The position numbers were made by a program, and so were the translations under genes. From the NCBI RefSeq assembly GCF_009914755.1, contig NC_060938.1: 64,000 bases of DNA, one strand, 5' to 3'. Of the stretch, positions 45,981-59,460 are shown one piece after another. Source of the DNA: the human T2T-CHM13v2.0 reference genome, Homo sapiens. Within the stretch, counting starts at the first letter, position 1, and each line of letters opens with the position of its first letter. Under the pieces are notes generated by a model, which searched no databases, was not told where the DNA came from, and worked only from the letters and a program-made list of their open reading frames with translations.

Positions 45981-47896
45981 TACATGTAGGTAATATGGGC
46001 ACTGATACCACCTAGGCAGTGAGCCACAAGCTATTACAAGCAGGTTCTATCCAAGTGGGAGGCACCTTGCTCTAGGTACCTAGCAGGTTCTATCCAAGTG
46101 GGAGGTACCACCTGCTGCAGAGTGCCCCACTTCTCCCTGCACCTAAAACAGTGGATAAAAGACCTGGATTTCCCATGTTTTATCCTGAGTTGCTGGCAAA
46201 TTCTTTCCTAATCTCAGTCTTCACTAGATAAGCAACCAACCCTCTTGGTTCCTTGAGAGTTGGGGCGTCTAGAAATCCTGCCTGGACTAGCAAATATCTG
46301 TGAGTTCCTAATATTGACCAGCTCTGCACTGGACATTAGGAATGCAAATATAAATAAGGTACTGTTTATGTTCTAAGTACTCTTAAAGTTCAATGCAGGA
46401 AACAAACAGATTATCAGAGAATAGAGGTGATAAGTGTCATGGCCCAACATGGCAGGGGGCCAGGGGAACGCCTCCCTCAGGTGGAGTTAAAGAAGGGAGA
46501 AGAAGGATGGTATGGCTTTTCCAGGAAGAAGGAGAAGCCAGTGTAAAAACTGAGCATCTGGAAGTCTATGACACATCTTTGAACCTGCAAGTATTTTATG
46601 TGGCTAAAGTGTTGAACACAACACTTTCCTACATCTAAAATGTGCACCACACCTGAGATGAGGCTGCCCGATCATTCCAACAGTAACATCTGATAAAAGA
46701 GGCCAGGAGTTGAAGTGGGGGCAAGGGGCTTATCTTTGCAGTTGGCTTAGAGGGGCCTTCTTTATCAGTTGAAGAGGGCAGGAAAGGCTGTTAGGATTTT
46801 TGTGGAGAGATGTTGGGGGTGGGGGGTGGGGTGCTGCACCTGTCTCTCACAGGCTCCTGAAGAAAGGTTGAAAATAACAGCTTTTAATACTGAATAGGCC
46901 CTCTCATTGTGGAGGCAGGCTGAGATAAACAGAACTTTTACTATCATGAGTGCTGTAGCTCATTGCAGTCTTTATTGTGAAAGTGTTCATGTGCATAAGT
47001 CAGATAAAGCAAGGATGGTTTTCCATTACCATCCTAATCAAAATTTCCAAAGCTTTTAGAGATAGCTTTAATTCTTACTCTGTGAAGAAGGATGAACAGA
47101 GTCATTTTCTGAAATGTTTCCACAACTATTTCAGGTATTGAGTGTTTTATATCTTCCCTTAGCTGCCGAAGAGTCCTGGGGATCCGTAGGGGTGAGCAGG
47201 AAGGGGAAATGCACAGGCTTCCTTCATGCCAGTTGCTGAGAGAGAGCTTAGAGACAAATACCTGTGGTAATGTGGAATTTCTGAGTTGAGCATGGGTCAA
47301 CTAAATTAAAATAAAAATTTTTATTCCCAAGTCTCAAGTTGAAATGGGTAAGCCAAGAAGGTCTGAGACCGCAGGGAGAAAACTCCTGGAGGAATCCACT
47401 AAGGAGACAAGTAGGCAGAGGCGCTTAAAGATACAAACATTAAACACTCACCCAGGGAATGCCTTCATCCTGTTGGCTCTCTTTGTTCTGCTCAAATATC
47501 TGTCTGGCATCCTCTCTCCACCTAAGGTTAAAATTCGGGCATTAGGACATAACGTAAAAATTACAACTAAAAGTCAACCCTCCTGATATCTTCTATTCAA
47601 CATTTCTTCCAGTGCACTATTATCTTCATCACATATTTTTTATAGGGTACTTACTGTTCGTGGTATTGGAATGGGTCATGGGAATAGCAAAGTTCTAAGG
47701 CAAGTTCTATTCAAAGTTCTATTCTCACCAATGTGTTTTCCATTTATTTTTAAAAGACAGGGCATTAGAAAGTACAATTAAAGATTACAAAGAATACAAA
47801 AATATAACGGCACATATGATAATGAGGGTTAGTGATTTCATGTGCAGTGCTCTAGGAGTTTATGAAAGGACCAATTGCTATAAGAAAATTTCTTAG

Positions 47897-47980
47897 GTTC
47901 GAGACTGCAGTGAGCTATCGTCACATCACTGCACTCTAGCCTGGGTGAAAGAGTGAGACCCTGACTCAAAAAAAAGAAGA
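47897..47980 (+). mobile_element. Alu 3' fragment (AluJ/FRAM-like) with A tail
   Basis: gttcgagactgcagtgagctatcg...cactgcactctagcctgggtgaaagagtgagaccctg plus A run. Confidence 0.85.
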
Positions 47981-48019
47981 GAAATGTTTTTTAAAACCTT
48001 TTTTGCTTTTGTAAAAAAA

Positions 48020-48383
48020 AATTTATTTGTATATACTTAGTGCAAGCGCAAATTTCTTACTTGCATATGTTGCGTAGAGGTGAAGCTTGGGCTTTTAGTG
48101 TACCCATCACCCAAATAGTAACCATTGTACCCAATAGGTAATTTTTCAACCCTCACTCCCCTCCCACCTCCCGACCTATTGGAGTTTTCAGTGTCTATTA
48201 TTCTACTCTGCATGTCCATGTGTACACATCGTTTAGCCCCCACTTATAAGTGAGAACACACAGTATTTAACTTTCTATTTCTAGGAAATTTTACTTAGGA
48301 TAATGACCTTCAGTTCCATCCATGTTGCTGCAAAATATATTATTTCATTCTTTTTCATAACTGTTTAGTATATATACCACATT
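48020..48383 (-). mobile_element. L1PB4/L1MA-type 3' fragment
   Basis: gggcttttagtgtacccatcacccaaatagt...cccacttataagtgagaac...ccatccatgttgctgcaaa. Confidence 0.85.
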
Positions 48384-48469
48384 AAGAAAATTGTCTTAGA
48401 ATAGCTGAAGCTTAAAAGAGGCAGGAGTTGGATAAGCAGGAAGGAAAAGGAAGGGTATTTCAGGGTGGG

Positions 48470-48701
48470 TATACTAGTTATCTATTGTCACATACAAATC
48501 ACTTCAGAACTTAGAGGCTCAGAACAACATTTATTATCTCAGTTTCCGTGGGTCAAAAAATCCAAGTGTGGCTTAGCTGCATCCTCTGGCTCAAGGTCTC
48601 TCATCAGGCTGCCATCAAAGTGTTACCTAGGGCTGTAGTCAGCTAAAGGCTCAACCGGAATAAGATACACTTCGAGTTCACTCATGTGGATGTTGACAGG
48701 C
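48470..48701 (-). mobile_element. MLT1F-like MaLR LTR fragment
   Basis: ttattatctcagtttccgtgggtca...ggcttagctg...ctctggctcaaggtctctca...ttcactcatgtgg. Confidence 0.7.
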
Positions 48702-48960
48702 TGATATGGTTTGGGTGTGTGTTCCATCCAGATCTCATGTTTAAATGTAATTCCCAGTGTTGGAGGTGGGACCTAGTTGAAGGCACTGGTTCATGGGAGA
48801 AGATCCCTTATGAATGGTTTAGCTCCATCCCCTTGGTGATGAATGAGTTCTCGCTCTATTAGTTCATGAGCGAGCTGATCATTTAAAATGAGCCTGGTAC
48901 CTCCTCCTCTCTCTCTCTTGCTCCCTCTCTCACCATGTGACATGTGCCCAGGCTCTCCTG
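48702..48960 (+). mobile_element. MSTB-like MaLR LTR, 3'-truncated
   Basis: tgatatggtttgg...tgtaattcccagtgttggaggtggg...gaatggtttagc.ccatccccttggtgat. Confidence 0.8.
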
Positions 48961-49007
48961 CCCTGACTACAGAGAAATGGACATTAGATGTGGTCAAGGC
49001 ATCTCTA

Positions 49008-49370
49008 GAGCAATGGTTCTCAACTCTATCCACATATTTGAATCACCTGGGGATATCCTTTGAAAATACTAGTGTCTGGGATACATCTCCAGAGATTTTG
49101 ATTGATTTGGTGTGGGCTTGAAGCTCTGGCTTACCAGATGACTCAACCTCCTTCCCCTCCTCTTGCTCTTCCCTCCCCCTGGGGTTGAAAGCAACTGGCT
49201 TAAGACCTTGCTATTCCAAGTGTAGTCTAGACAAACACAATCAGCATCACCTGGAAGGTTTTGAGAATGCAGAATCTCGTGCACCATCCCAGATCCACTG
49301 AATCAGAATCTGCATTTTAAACAAGACTCCCCAGGTAAATTATATGCATATTAATGTTTGAGAAGCACTG
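49008..49370. mobile_element. Two MER5A-type hAT MITEs (partial ~49008-49115; ~49205-49370)
   Basis: gcaatggttctcaac...gaatcacctgggg; cagcatcacctgg...aatgcagaatctc...gaatcagaatctgcattttaa...tttgagaagcactg. Confidence 0.75.
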
Positions 49371-50287
49371 GTCTAGGCATTCGTCATTATTGAAAACGTT
49401 CATGGAGGTAAAAAAAAAAATAAATCACTCTTTCCCAAATGTCACCCAAGAATCCATACTTGTAAAAAATCTCCTGAAGGGATACTGATGTGCCGCCAGG
49501 GCTCACTGATAGGCAGTCAGTCATCCCCAGTTCAGTTTACAGATTATTTGTGTTACTACCAATATAATAAATATTCTTATTGGGGTGATAGTGAGTCCTT
49601 GTATGCTTCTTAGAGGAAGGTATTACATAAATTCTAGGTTTTATCATTTCTCATTCATCCACAAGCAAATAAGGAAGTGGATTAATATTTACTGAGTCAA
49701 TATACTTTTTACCACACCACGATGGATTATCCATGGAAACCCAGAATCTTGTGCCACATACCTTCAATTCAAGATCAAGCCAAAAAAAAAGATCCACAAA
49801 TTATTGGTGTCTGATTAAGTCTGATTGGGAAGAAGAGGAACAAGAGACACAAGAATGTGTGCGTCCAGTGGTCCAATCCTGCAGGATGAATGAGGACATG
49901 AAGTTCTGGCCCGTGATGGATTGGGGTAATGTAGAACCAGAGGTTGGCCTGGGGTTAGCATGAAAAATAGCCTAGAGACAAGGAGGAGGAAATCCTGGGA
50001 GAAAATACCTGGACTGCCCAACAATCTGAGGGTCTGCGCACAATGAAAAAAGAAACCAGACAAAAATTAAAGTAAAAAACCTGGAGAAATTTAAATAATT
50101 CCTGTGCTTACTAGCAGGTAATTAAGGAAGCATTTTATGTAACATCTGAAGCCTCAGATTTAGGGGGAGACAGGGCCACTGAAGGCCCTAGCATAGTAAG
50201 GGCATGGACCAAGTTTCTCTGCAGAAATCCCGAAGCCAAATGAGCGATATGAACACCCACTATTATTTTTGTATTATTCATTTTCTT

Positions 50288-50595
50288 TTTTTCTTTCTTT
50301 CTTTTTTTTTTTTGAAACGGAGTCTCATTCTGTCACCCAGGCTGGAGTGCAGTGGCGTGTTCTCAGCCTACCATACCCTCCTCCTTCCAGGTTCAAGCAA
50401 TTCTTCTGACTCAGCCTCCCGAATAGCTGGAATTACAGGCACCCACTACCACGCCTGGCTAATTTTTGTATTTTTAGTAGAGACGGGGTTTCGCCATGTT
50501 GGCCAGTCTGGTCTCGAACTCCTGACCTCAGGCGAATCGCCTGCCTCAGCCTCCCAAAGTGCTGGGATAACAGGCGTGAGCCACCGTGACCAGCC
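50288..50595 (-). mobile_element. AluS, full length
   Basis: Full dimer; TSD tgtatt(a/g)tt(c/a)attttctt at 50270-50287 / 50596-50613. Confidence 0.95.
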
Positions 50596-51359
50596 TGTAT
50601 TGTTAATTTTCTTCCCCCTCCACTGGTAAGGACAATTGAGAGTTGACTAAATTCTTATTATTGTTGCCTCCACTGTTCTGCTTTCTGTGATTCTTATCCA
50701 TCATGAGAAGGGCTGACTTGGAAGAGTTCAGAGCAGTGAAGAGAAATCCCAGAGAGTGTCTGCCAACACTCAAAAAGACTTTGAATTTGACGTCAGAATA
50801 GGAATAGGCTTGCCACTCTCACCAGCCTCCCAAGAAGAGTCATTGGGCAGGCTGGATGGCTAGAAAAAGAAGATACCTGTCTGATGCCCAAAGGCAGCTA
50901 GAAGGCATCCTGGCTTCAGGAACAGTGCCATCACCTGGCTGCCCTCACAAAGAGGTCATCCAACATTGTGAAACCATGACTATGAGTGAAAGGCAAGAGA
51001 AAATAAGGGAATCTGAAACCATGTGAATATGCCACTTCCTCTGCATCACGGGACACCAGAGACGGGCAACGAAGAGAATGTTACTTCTATCATATAACAC
51101 ATTCTCGATTCGGAAGGTGCCACAGCCTTGAGAAAGTCCTCATTACACCATCTTGAAAGCTCTCAGGGATGATATAGGTAGGGTCCAAATAAGAAAATGG
51201 ACTCAAGGAAATCCAAATTGTGACCTTCACTTTGAACAATTAAAATTTTAAACAGAAAATTAGAATCGTTGAATTTGAAATCCAGAAAGGATCTTAAAAA
51301 CAAAGTAGGAATCCCCTCATTCAGTTTAAATGTTCACTAAATATTGAATGAGTAAGTGA

Positions 51360-51540
51360 TCACCCAGCCTCAATTCAAATATTTTCAATGACAATTCTTG
51401 TTTCAAAAAATCTGTCCTATACCAAATCAAAATTTGCCTCCCATAACTTCATATCTTTATATTTGTTATGCCTTCCAGAGCAACGCAGACTAAGTTCACC
51501 TTCGCATATTCAAATATTTAAAGATAGCTATCCTGTATAA
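51360..51540 (-). mobile_element. L3/CR1 LINE fragment
   Basis: aaaatttgcctcccataacttc...tgccttccagagc...ttcaaatatttaaagatagctatc. Confidence 0.6.
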
Positions 51541-51559
51541 CCATTCCTCATGACTGTCT

Positions 51560-52500
51560 AATAAATTTTAAACTCCTTGAGAGAAGCATCCAAGTTCAAT
51601 ATATTTTCCTGTACCAATGCAATTCTTAATAGAGTGACTCATCTGTAGCGGGTAGTCAGCAAATGTGAGTTGAATACATGAATTAATATCTATGTGTCCA
51701 CCTGACCAACAGTTCTACTCGGGTGTCTCAAAGGCACTTCAGCTCAACTCCAAGACTTAAATCAAGATCTTCCTTGCAAATATGGCCCTAGCCTAAGATT
51801 CCCTATCTGAAGGAATAACACCATCATTTCAAACCCATCCACTGCTCTCCATCCACTGCCACCAGCCAGGTCAAAACTACCATTTTCTTCTTTGGATTGT
51901 TTCTATAGCCTTTTGAGTAAGTTAGCCGGCCTCTGGTACTATTCAGTATCTCCTCCCCACAGCAGCCAGAGTGATCTCTCCAAAATACAAATATGATCAT
52001 GTCATGCCCCTGATTAAAAATCCTTGAGTAACTTCCCATTGCAGATAGGCAAATGACCAAAATCCCTAAAAGTCCTCTAAGACCTTGCACAGTCTGACTC
52101 CTCACCTCTTCTGCCATACCTCTCACTCTTCTCTCCCTCATTTTCCAAACATGCCTTCTTCCATCTATTAAATACTTGAATGTACCGGGTGCCTTCCCAC
52201 CCCAGGGTCTTTGCAACACTTCTCCCACTCCTCATCCCCTGTTTAACTCCTATTGAAAGGAGTTAAACAAAAAAGATCAAAGCCTACACATCCGCTTTTC
52301 AGAGGCATCTTGAGATCTCCTAACAATTTCAGGTTGTTTATTCTTTAATGCTTTCATATATCAGTTTGTAATATTTTATTAATTTGATTATGCCTATTTT
52401 CTCATGAGTCTGTAAGCTCTGGAGATCAAGGACTATATCTGCATTTGCTTATTCAACCTGACAAATCGCATAAACATAGCTGTGTGAATAAATGAATGAA
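51560..52500 (+). mobile_element. L2 3' region (two pieces)
   Basis: cacagcagccagagtgatct...atgatcatgtca...ctgtaagctc...aataaatgaatgaa. Confidence 0.75.
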
Positions 52501-53347
52501 TTTCCCACATTCTGGGACTTCCCAGAATTTGATCATCATCACAGACTCTGGGCTGCAGTGGGGCCTCAAGCCTTGCCATATTCTCACTTTTTAGGGGTCT
52601 CGGAGACTCCAGTGTCATCCTGAGCTGGAGTCCAAGGCTTCTTAGAAACCACTGATTTCTACTCATTCTGTCTGGCATACTCAAGAGCCCATTCTTGGGC
52701 ACACAGGACAACTGAACAGGATTGGAGGGTCCTTCATAGGTCTGAGCCAGCTCCCACATAGGGACCCTGAACAGGTAAGTAAAACCTGCCCAGAGAGTCT
52801 AGCTAGACATGAAGAAATCAGAGGGGCCCAAAATGATTATTATTTTCTCAGTGACTACTGGCTGGGCTTATGATGATCCCTCTTGGTGTTTTTCATTTTG
52901 CATGGCTATTTTCAGTAGCTGTATCATTAAAATACACAAGTCTATAATTATGGGGATGCATATCCTCATCCCTCAAATATGTACTGAGCACGCACAATAT
53001 TCCTGGTCCTGTGCCACACGCTCGGTTACAAAGGCAGCCAAAGCTCAATTCCTGTCCTCAAGGTGCTCTTCCTAGTGGAAGAAACAGACATGAAAATAGA
53101 AACTTACTAACAGAGAAAGGAGCAAACAAAACACAGAGAAGGAAGTGATGGCCTAGAGATGGGGAGGGTGTCTCAGAGGAGGTGACACGGGCTCATAACA
53201 GAAAAAGCACTTGTTTCCCCGAGGTAAGGTGTGCTTGCAGGTTCCTTAAGATGACCCAGGAGGGAAGATGAGCATCCTCAACAGTTACACACAAACACAC
53301 TCACCTTCATCTCTGATGCTTGCAGTGAAAATAAATAACTGAAAATA

Positions 53348-53560
53348 GGCCCAACGTGCTGTCTCATGCCTGTAATCCCAACACTTTTTTTCTTTGTTTG
53401 TTTGTTTGTTTGTTTGTTTGTTTGTTTTTAATCCCAACACTTTGAGATGCCAATATGGGAGGATTGCTTGGGCCCAGGAGTTCAAGACCAGCCTGGGCGA
53501 CAAAGCAAGACCCCATCTCTATTAAAATAAAAAGAAAACATAAAATATTGAAAAACAGCC
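53348..53560 (+). mobile_element. Alu left monomer (AluJ/FLAM) interrupted by a TSD-flanked T/(TTTG)n insert
   Basis: ggccca...tgtaatcccaacacttt [insert] taatcccaacactttgag...ggaggattgcttgggcccaggagttcaagaccagcctggg. Confidence 0.85.
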
Positions 53561-53565
53561 AAAAA

Positions 53566-53680
53566 TATGCTGAAAACCACCATGGCACATGTATACCTAT
53601 GTAACAAACCTGCACACTCTGCACTTGTATCCTGGAACTTAAAGTAAAATAAAAAATTTTTAAATTAAAAAAATGAAACT
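53566..53680 (+). mobile_element. L1PA terminal 3' fragment (~100 bp)
   Basis: aaaccaccatggcacatgtatacctatgtaacaaacctgcac...gaacttaaagtaaaataaaa. Confidence 0.85.
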
Positions 53681-54458
53681 AAATAAACTGAAATTTTATG
53701 GAAAAATACAAAACCCCAGACTAGACACAATCAGCTTCTTTTTGTGGGAAAATGAATTTATATCAAAGCTTTCATAGGGGTTCTATAACCACAGAATGTA
53801 GTTAGTTCCCTGCCAAGTAAAACTTAGATACTTCCAAAATGCTGCTATTGTACACACCGCAAAACAGAGCAGCCAAAATGGTAGTGGTATGGGTTGGGAA
53901 GATAAAGAATTAAGAAAAGTAAAGAGGAAGGGGAGAGGAAAAGGAGAATATTATTTCCTTGAATGATGATCACTCCTTTTATTAATAACTTTCTGTTCTT
54001 ATTAAAGAGATGTCCCAAACCTCTGGGCTTTCCCAGAATTTGGTACCACTGGTGCACTGACCTATCCTCATCCTGCCAATGTGAGGAAACCCAGAGAGAC
54101 TAGTCAAATGCCCTGCAGAGCAGCAACCACGCCAGTGGGGCTGGCTGTGAACTTTCACTTTGGTGTGTTCTTTGATTTCATTTGGTGTGAAATATTGAGA
54201 TTTCTCCTCAGATATCCCAGCGCCTTGTAGCTGCACTGGATCTATAAATCTTTATCTGGGCTAGATTGAACCATTTTCATTTATGGAGTTGTTTTTAATC
54301 AGAGCAAGAGTAAAACTTTTGCCCTGTACAAAAGAGTCAGCTGTAAACTGAGCCATTCTGCTTCAGCTTTCAGCTTCTCCTCTGAAGTTGTGTCTCTTCT
54401 GAGAGCTCTGGAATAAAACAGCTGCCATAGTCATCTCACCCTTCCATATTTTCCTCTT

Positions 54459-55213
<755 letters not shown>

Positions 55214-55854
55214 TACCCTTTAACTCCACCCATGTAATTTGTCTCCATCCTGGGGAGTTTCTCCTGCTGTCAACTTAAAAGGAATTTAAAATGATTTTTT
55301 TTCTTCTTGGAATTCTTCTGGGGCAACATTTGCCCAATTATTCTTCAGAATGTCACCATCCCTCAAGATGTTAACAGTGGTTGCACAATTTAAAAGAATT
55401 CCACCATCAGATAATTTTGGCAAATGCTACATATTAATAGCCTCCTCTTAATATTTACAATTCTTATTACCATATTAAATGCTCTGAGAACCCCTGCTGT
55501 AAAGATACCTATTTAACGTGGGATTGGAATCACAGAATTCTTTTTGTAATGGCACAGCCATTAAGACTCACGAAATTCTATAGGCAAATACCGTCCCAAA
55601 GGATTACGCAGGATTCAGTCAGATAGATTCCTGCTGTTTCCTCATTTCTGTGCATCCAGACTGAAGGATACCTAATGACGTTGAGAGGAGCTATGCATAA
55701 GGCCAATGGGTCTGTACAGGCCTCAAAAAGAAGGCTTGCATTTTTTGCTAAGACCAAACTCAATGTCAGAAACCTGAAAATGTTATTCAGATACTACTCT
55801 TTGTCTACTGAATTAAGTATAAACACTTCAGACTGTCTTTTGCTCCTTCCTTTC

Positions 55855-56530
55855 TTTCTGCAACAAACGTATCTTGAGTCCTACTAGGTGCCAAGTACTA
55901 TGCCAGGCATTGAGTACACGGTATGAGCAAAACAGACATGCACCCTGCCCTGTGGACTTGCCAGTTTAAAATAAGAGAGACAGACAGAAGACAGGGATAT
56001 GAGTAAATAGCCAGTGATCATACAACCTCCCAGTGGTTAGCTACACCGTTGGCCACCCATTCCTCCTTGAAATGCTTTCCACACTTAGCTTCTGAGATGC
56101 CACTCTTGGCTGATTTTCCTCTTCATCACTGGCTTCTCCTTCTCAGTCCCCCTTGCTGGCTCCTCCTCCACTACACAGCTTCTAAATACTAAAGCAGCCA
56201 GGGTCTATCTTCTCTCCTCTATCTCTCCCTAGATGATCTCATTCACCCTCATAGCATTAATTTCACATATGTGCCCATGACTCCCAAATTTATATCTCCA
56301 GTGCAAAACTCTCCTCTGAGGATATAATCTTCCCCCAATTGAACCGCCTTAGCACTTCCCACTCTTGAGTTATTTCATGTGTTTTCTCTTTTGCCATGAT
56401 TGTTTTCATACTTCCTTCATCCTCTTCCTGACTTATAAACCCCTCGAGGCGGGGATCCTTGGTCTGTTTCATCTTCAGTTTCCGTAGTGCATTGCAGAGT
56501 AACTGTTTAATATATGATTATTGAATTTAA
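55855..56530. mobile_element. L2 fragments (minus ~55855-56010; plus ~56050-56530)
   Basis: ctactaggtgccaagtactatgccaggcattg; ctccttgaaa...ccctagatgatctcatt...atgactcccaaatttatatctccag. Confidence 0.7.
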
Positions 56531-59384
56531 TGTTTGAACTGAATTTCTGCTTTAGGGATCACTGAGACACAGATGTAATGAAAGGGAATATTTTATTTAA
56601 AGAAATAATGCCTCATCCTTCTGTATTTCCAAATGAACAACCTCAAATGAGAGAACACAGCTACAGACATTAGCATGAGGTGAATACTTAAGTTTAAAAA
56701 TGCTAAATCAAGCCAGTATCATCCCTTGTGGTCACAGCAGCTGCTGCTGCAAAGGTTTTATAAATTGCCTACATTCCCGCACCCCATCTGGCGATGCTGG
56801 TGTGTTACAGCCATGGATGACTTACTCTTCACAATAGCCTTCACTTGGATCTATTCCCTACTTTAAAATAAAAAGACAAAAAGAAGGTGCCAAAGGGCTT
56901 GCCTAAAGTGCTCCCACCCAACAAGAGTACAATTCAACCACATAATGCTGCCTCCTCAGCATTTAGAAGATTAGATTCAGGGCCAAAGGGGAGGTCAGAA
57001 GAGGAAGGCCCCCTGGATTGCAGCATTTGGTATGCTGTCCAGCTGAGTCCCCAGCCATGTTGTGAGTCAATGCGAACACAGCAGGTTTCAATAAAGGCAA
57101 CAGTTATCTAAGCAGGCTGCAGCCGTGACTCTCAGCTCAGCCTCTGGGTCACCAATCTGGGACGTGAGCTGGCACCTCGTTAAAAAAGGTATTCTGACAG
57201 AGAGATGGCTGTCAGTGGACTCTTCCAAAAATTCTCTTTCCCTGGGTTCTTCTAGTCCATCTCCTTGGCATGTGCCATTCCCTATGCATCTTTTGTTAGA
57301 CTACATCTCTGGTTTCTCACCACAGCCTGGACACTGCTGATGGGCTAGATTGCTACCATATGCTTTGTCATGCACCGTGATCCCACTCACAATGTTATTC
57401 CAGTGGGATAGATGCTGAGATGGTTCACCATGCAAGAGGAATCGTGCTGCACGTAGTATTTTCTTTGCCCTCCTTTGGTAACTTCGCAAGTTCCCACAGT
57501 CACTACTCAGTTATGCACGTGTGCTAACTCAGGCTCAGACTACTTTGCGATTAGAGCCCTGCCAATTGGATAGCTTGTATTTCTATTCAATAATCTTTTC
57601 ATTCACTCATACTAAACATTCATTCCATAGCTCAATGTTAAGAGCCCTTTAACTTGTCATATACATGATGACTATAACAGCACTCGCATTCTAAGCTAGG
57701 CTTTAACACAGCGCTACAGTGGTGATTATAGAACAGCCACTCTGAACTGCGGCTTCTCTAGCTGTGGTGAATGTTATAAAGAAAGTGTATTTACTCTAGT
57801 CCTTGCCCTTTTACCAGTCCCCACACACTACCAAACTCAATATAAACCCCACATAACCAGCAAGAATATCTGAGGTGTGCAGGTTATGGCAATGGGACAG
57901 CAGCAGACGCACAGTGGGTGAGGTTCCTGGGACATGACCAGGACACTGGTTTATAGTGGCCCAAGCTGCTGTAAGTCTAAGATCCCACTCAAATACTGTA
58001 CTCACTTTCCCACTTGATGGTTTAGGAACTCTTTTCTAGCCCCCAAAGCTACATTCTGAGCCACTTTTTTTTTAAACCTACACAGCTGCCTTCCCAAAAG
58101 TATCCTGCAGTAATTCCATGTTCCTCCTCCATTGTTTCCTCGTTAGCTCTGACTCCATGTTCTGGCAATCTTTCAGCCTCATTCCTTTTTCCTCCCAGTC
58201 TGTAATAAAACTAAGCAAAAGGTAGTAGGTATATTAGCTCAAGAATTGGGATGTACCTGTGGAACTGTTGCGTGATGCAAGTTTTTGTCAATGACTATGG
58301 GAGCCCCTGGCACGGAGGGCCGGGCCCACCACCCCTCTCCCAAGGGAAAGAGGACAAGTCCCCATCCATCTGTCTTCTCCCCTCCTCTGGCATCATAGAC
58401 CCACCCCAGTAGATAGGGTCATCTCACTGTCTCCCATTGGAGGTGGAGTGGGGGAGGGTCTCACTCCCAGAAATGCTCCTACAGCTTTCTCCTCTCCCTT
58501 GGATTGAAGGATGAAAGGTAGTTATTTGCTTCCCCATAGGGGATGAAGCAGGGAGTTTCCCTAGGGTTCTGGGAGGGCCCACCCTTGTCACCACCCTGTG
58601 GTGCCCCAGGGGTAATCGGCCAACTGAAGGAATGTAAGATCTATATAATAAAATCTTAATTCCACAGAAGTATGATTCCAGCCACAAAATTTAAGCTCTC
58701 TGTAGACACTAAACACTCTACATTTCCATAAGTCCCACCACCAAAGGAGGAGAAAAGAGCATTTATATTCTCTCTAACACTGCGCTATCCCCTCAGCCTA
58801 CTCCCAACCAAGAATCTTGAGCAAAATTCTTTGCTCCACTTCAGAGGAGGAAAGTGGGAAATGTTTTTTCCTGTGTGCAGAGACTACTACAAAGAGGGAG
58901 GGGCTCCTGTTCGGGCCCATTTAAACTAATTTTCCATCTGCTCCCAATCCAGGTTTTTCCAGTTTTACCTCTTTATTGGGATATTGTTGAATGGAAGCAC
59001 ATAATTACCATTATTTTATTTTTTATAAATGGGCTTCTACAAACAAAAACACAGGATTAGTCTATTATTAGCATGAAAACCTGTGCCGTGGCTTCTCTGA
59101 GTTCTACCTGGGGACCAGCACACCCCCACTGTCTTCCAGCGAGCAGAACAAATCAAAGAGGATTTCCAGAGACAGCAATAACTTTACATTCCACCCACTG
59201 CTCTCCCTGGGGCAGCAAATCTTCACTGTGAAATCTGCAATTCCAGGAGAGCAGAAAGCAATCTATCTCCCTCCAAAAACAAGTTGCCATTTCAGGGAAC
59301 TGGACACATTTTCACTCCTAATGGTAGGTCTCCTTGGATTACTATGGTCTGCCATGAGCCTGGGAATTGTAAGACAAAAACAGA

Positions 59385-59460
59385 GGAAGGAAGGAAGGAA
59401 GGAAGGAAGGAAGGAAGGGAGGGAGGGAGGGAGGGAGGGAGGGAGGGAGGGAGGGAGGGA
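59385..59460 (+). repeat. (GGAA)8(GGGA)11 polypurine microsatellite
   Basis: Counted directly. Confidence 0.95.
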
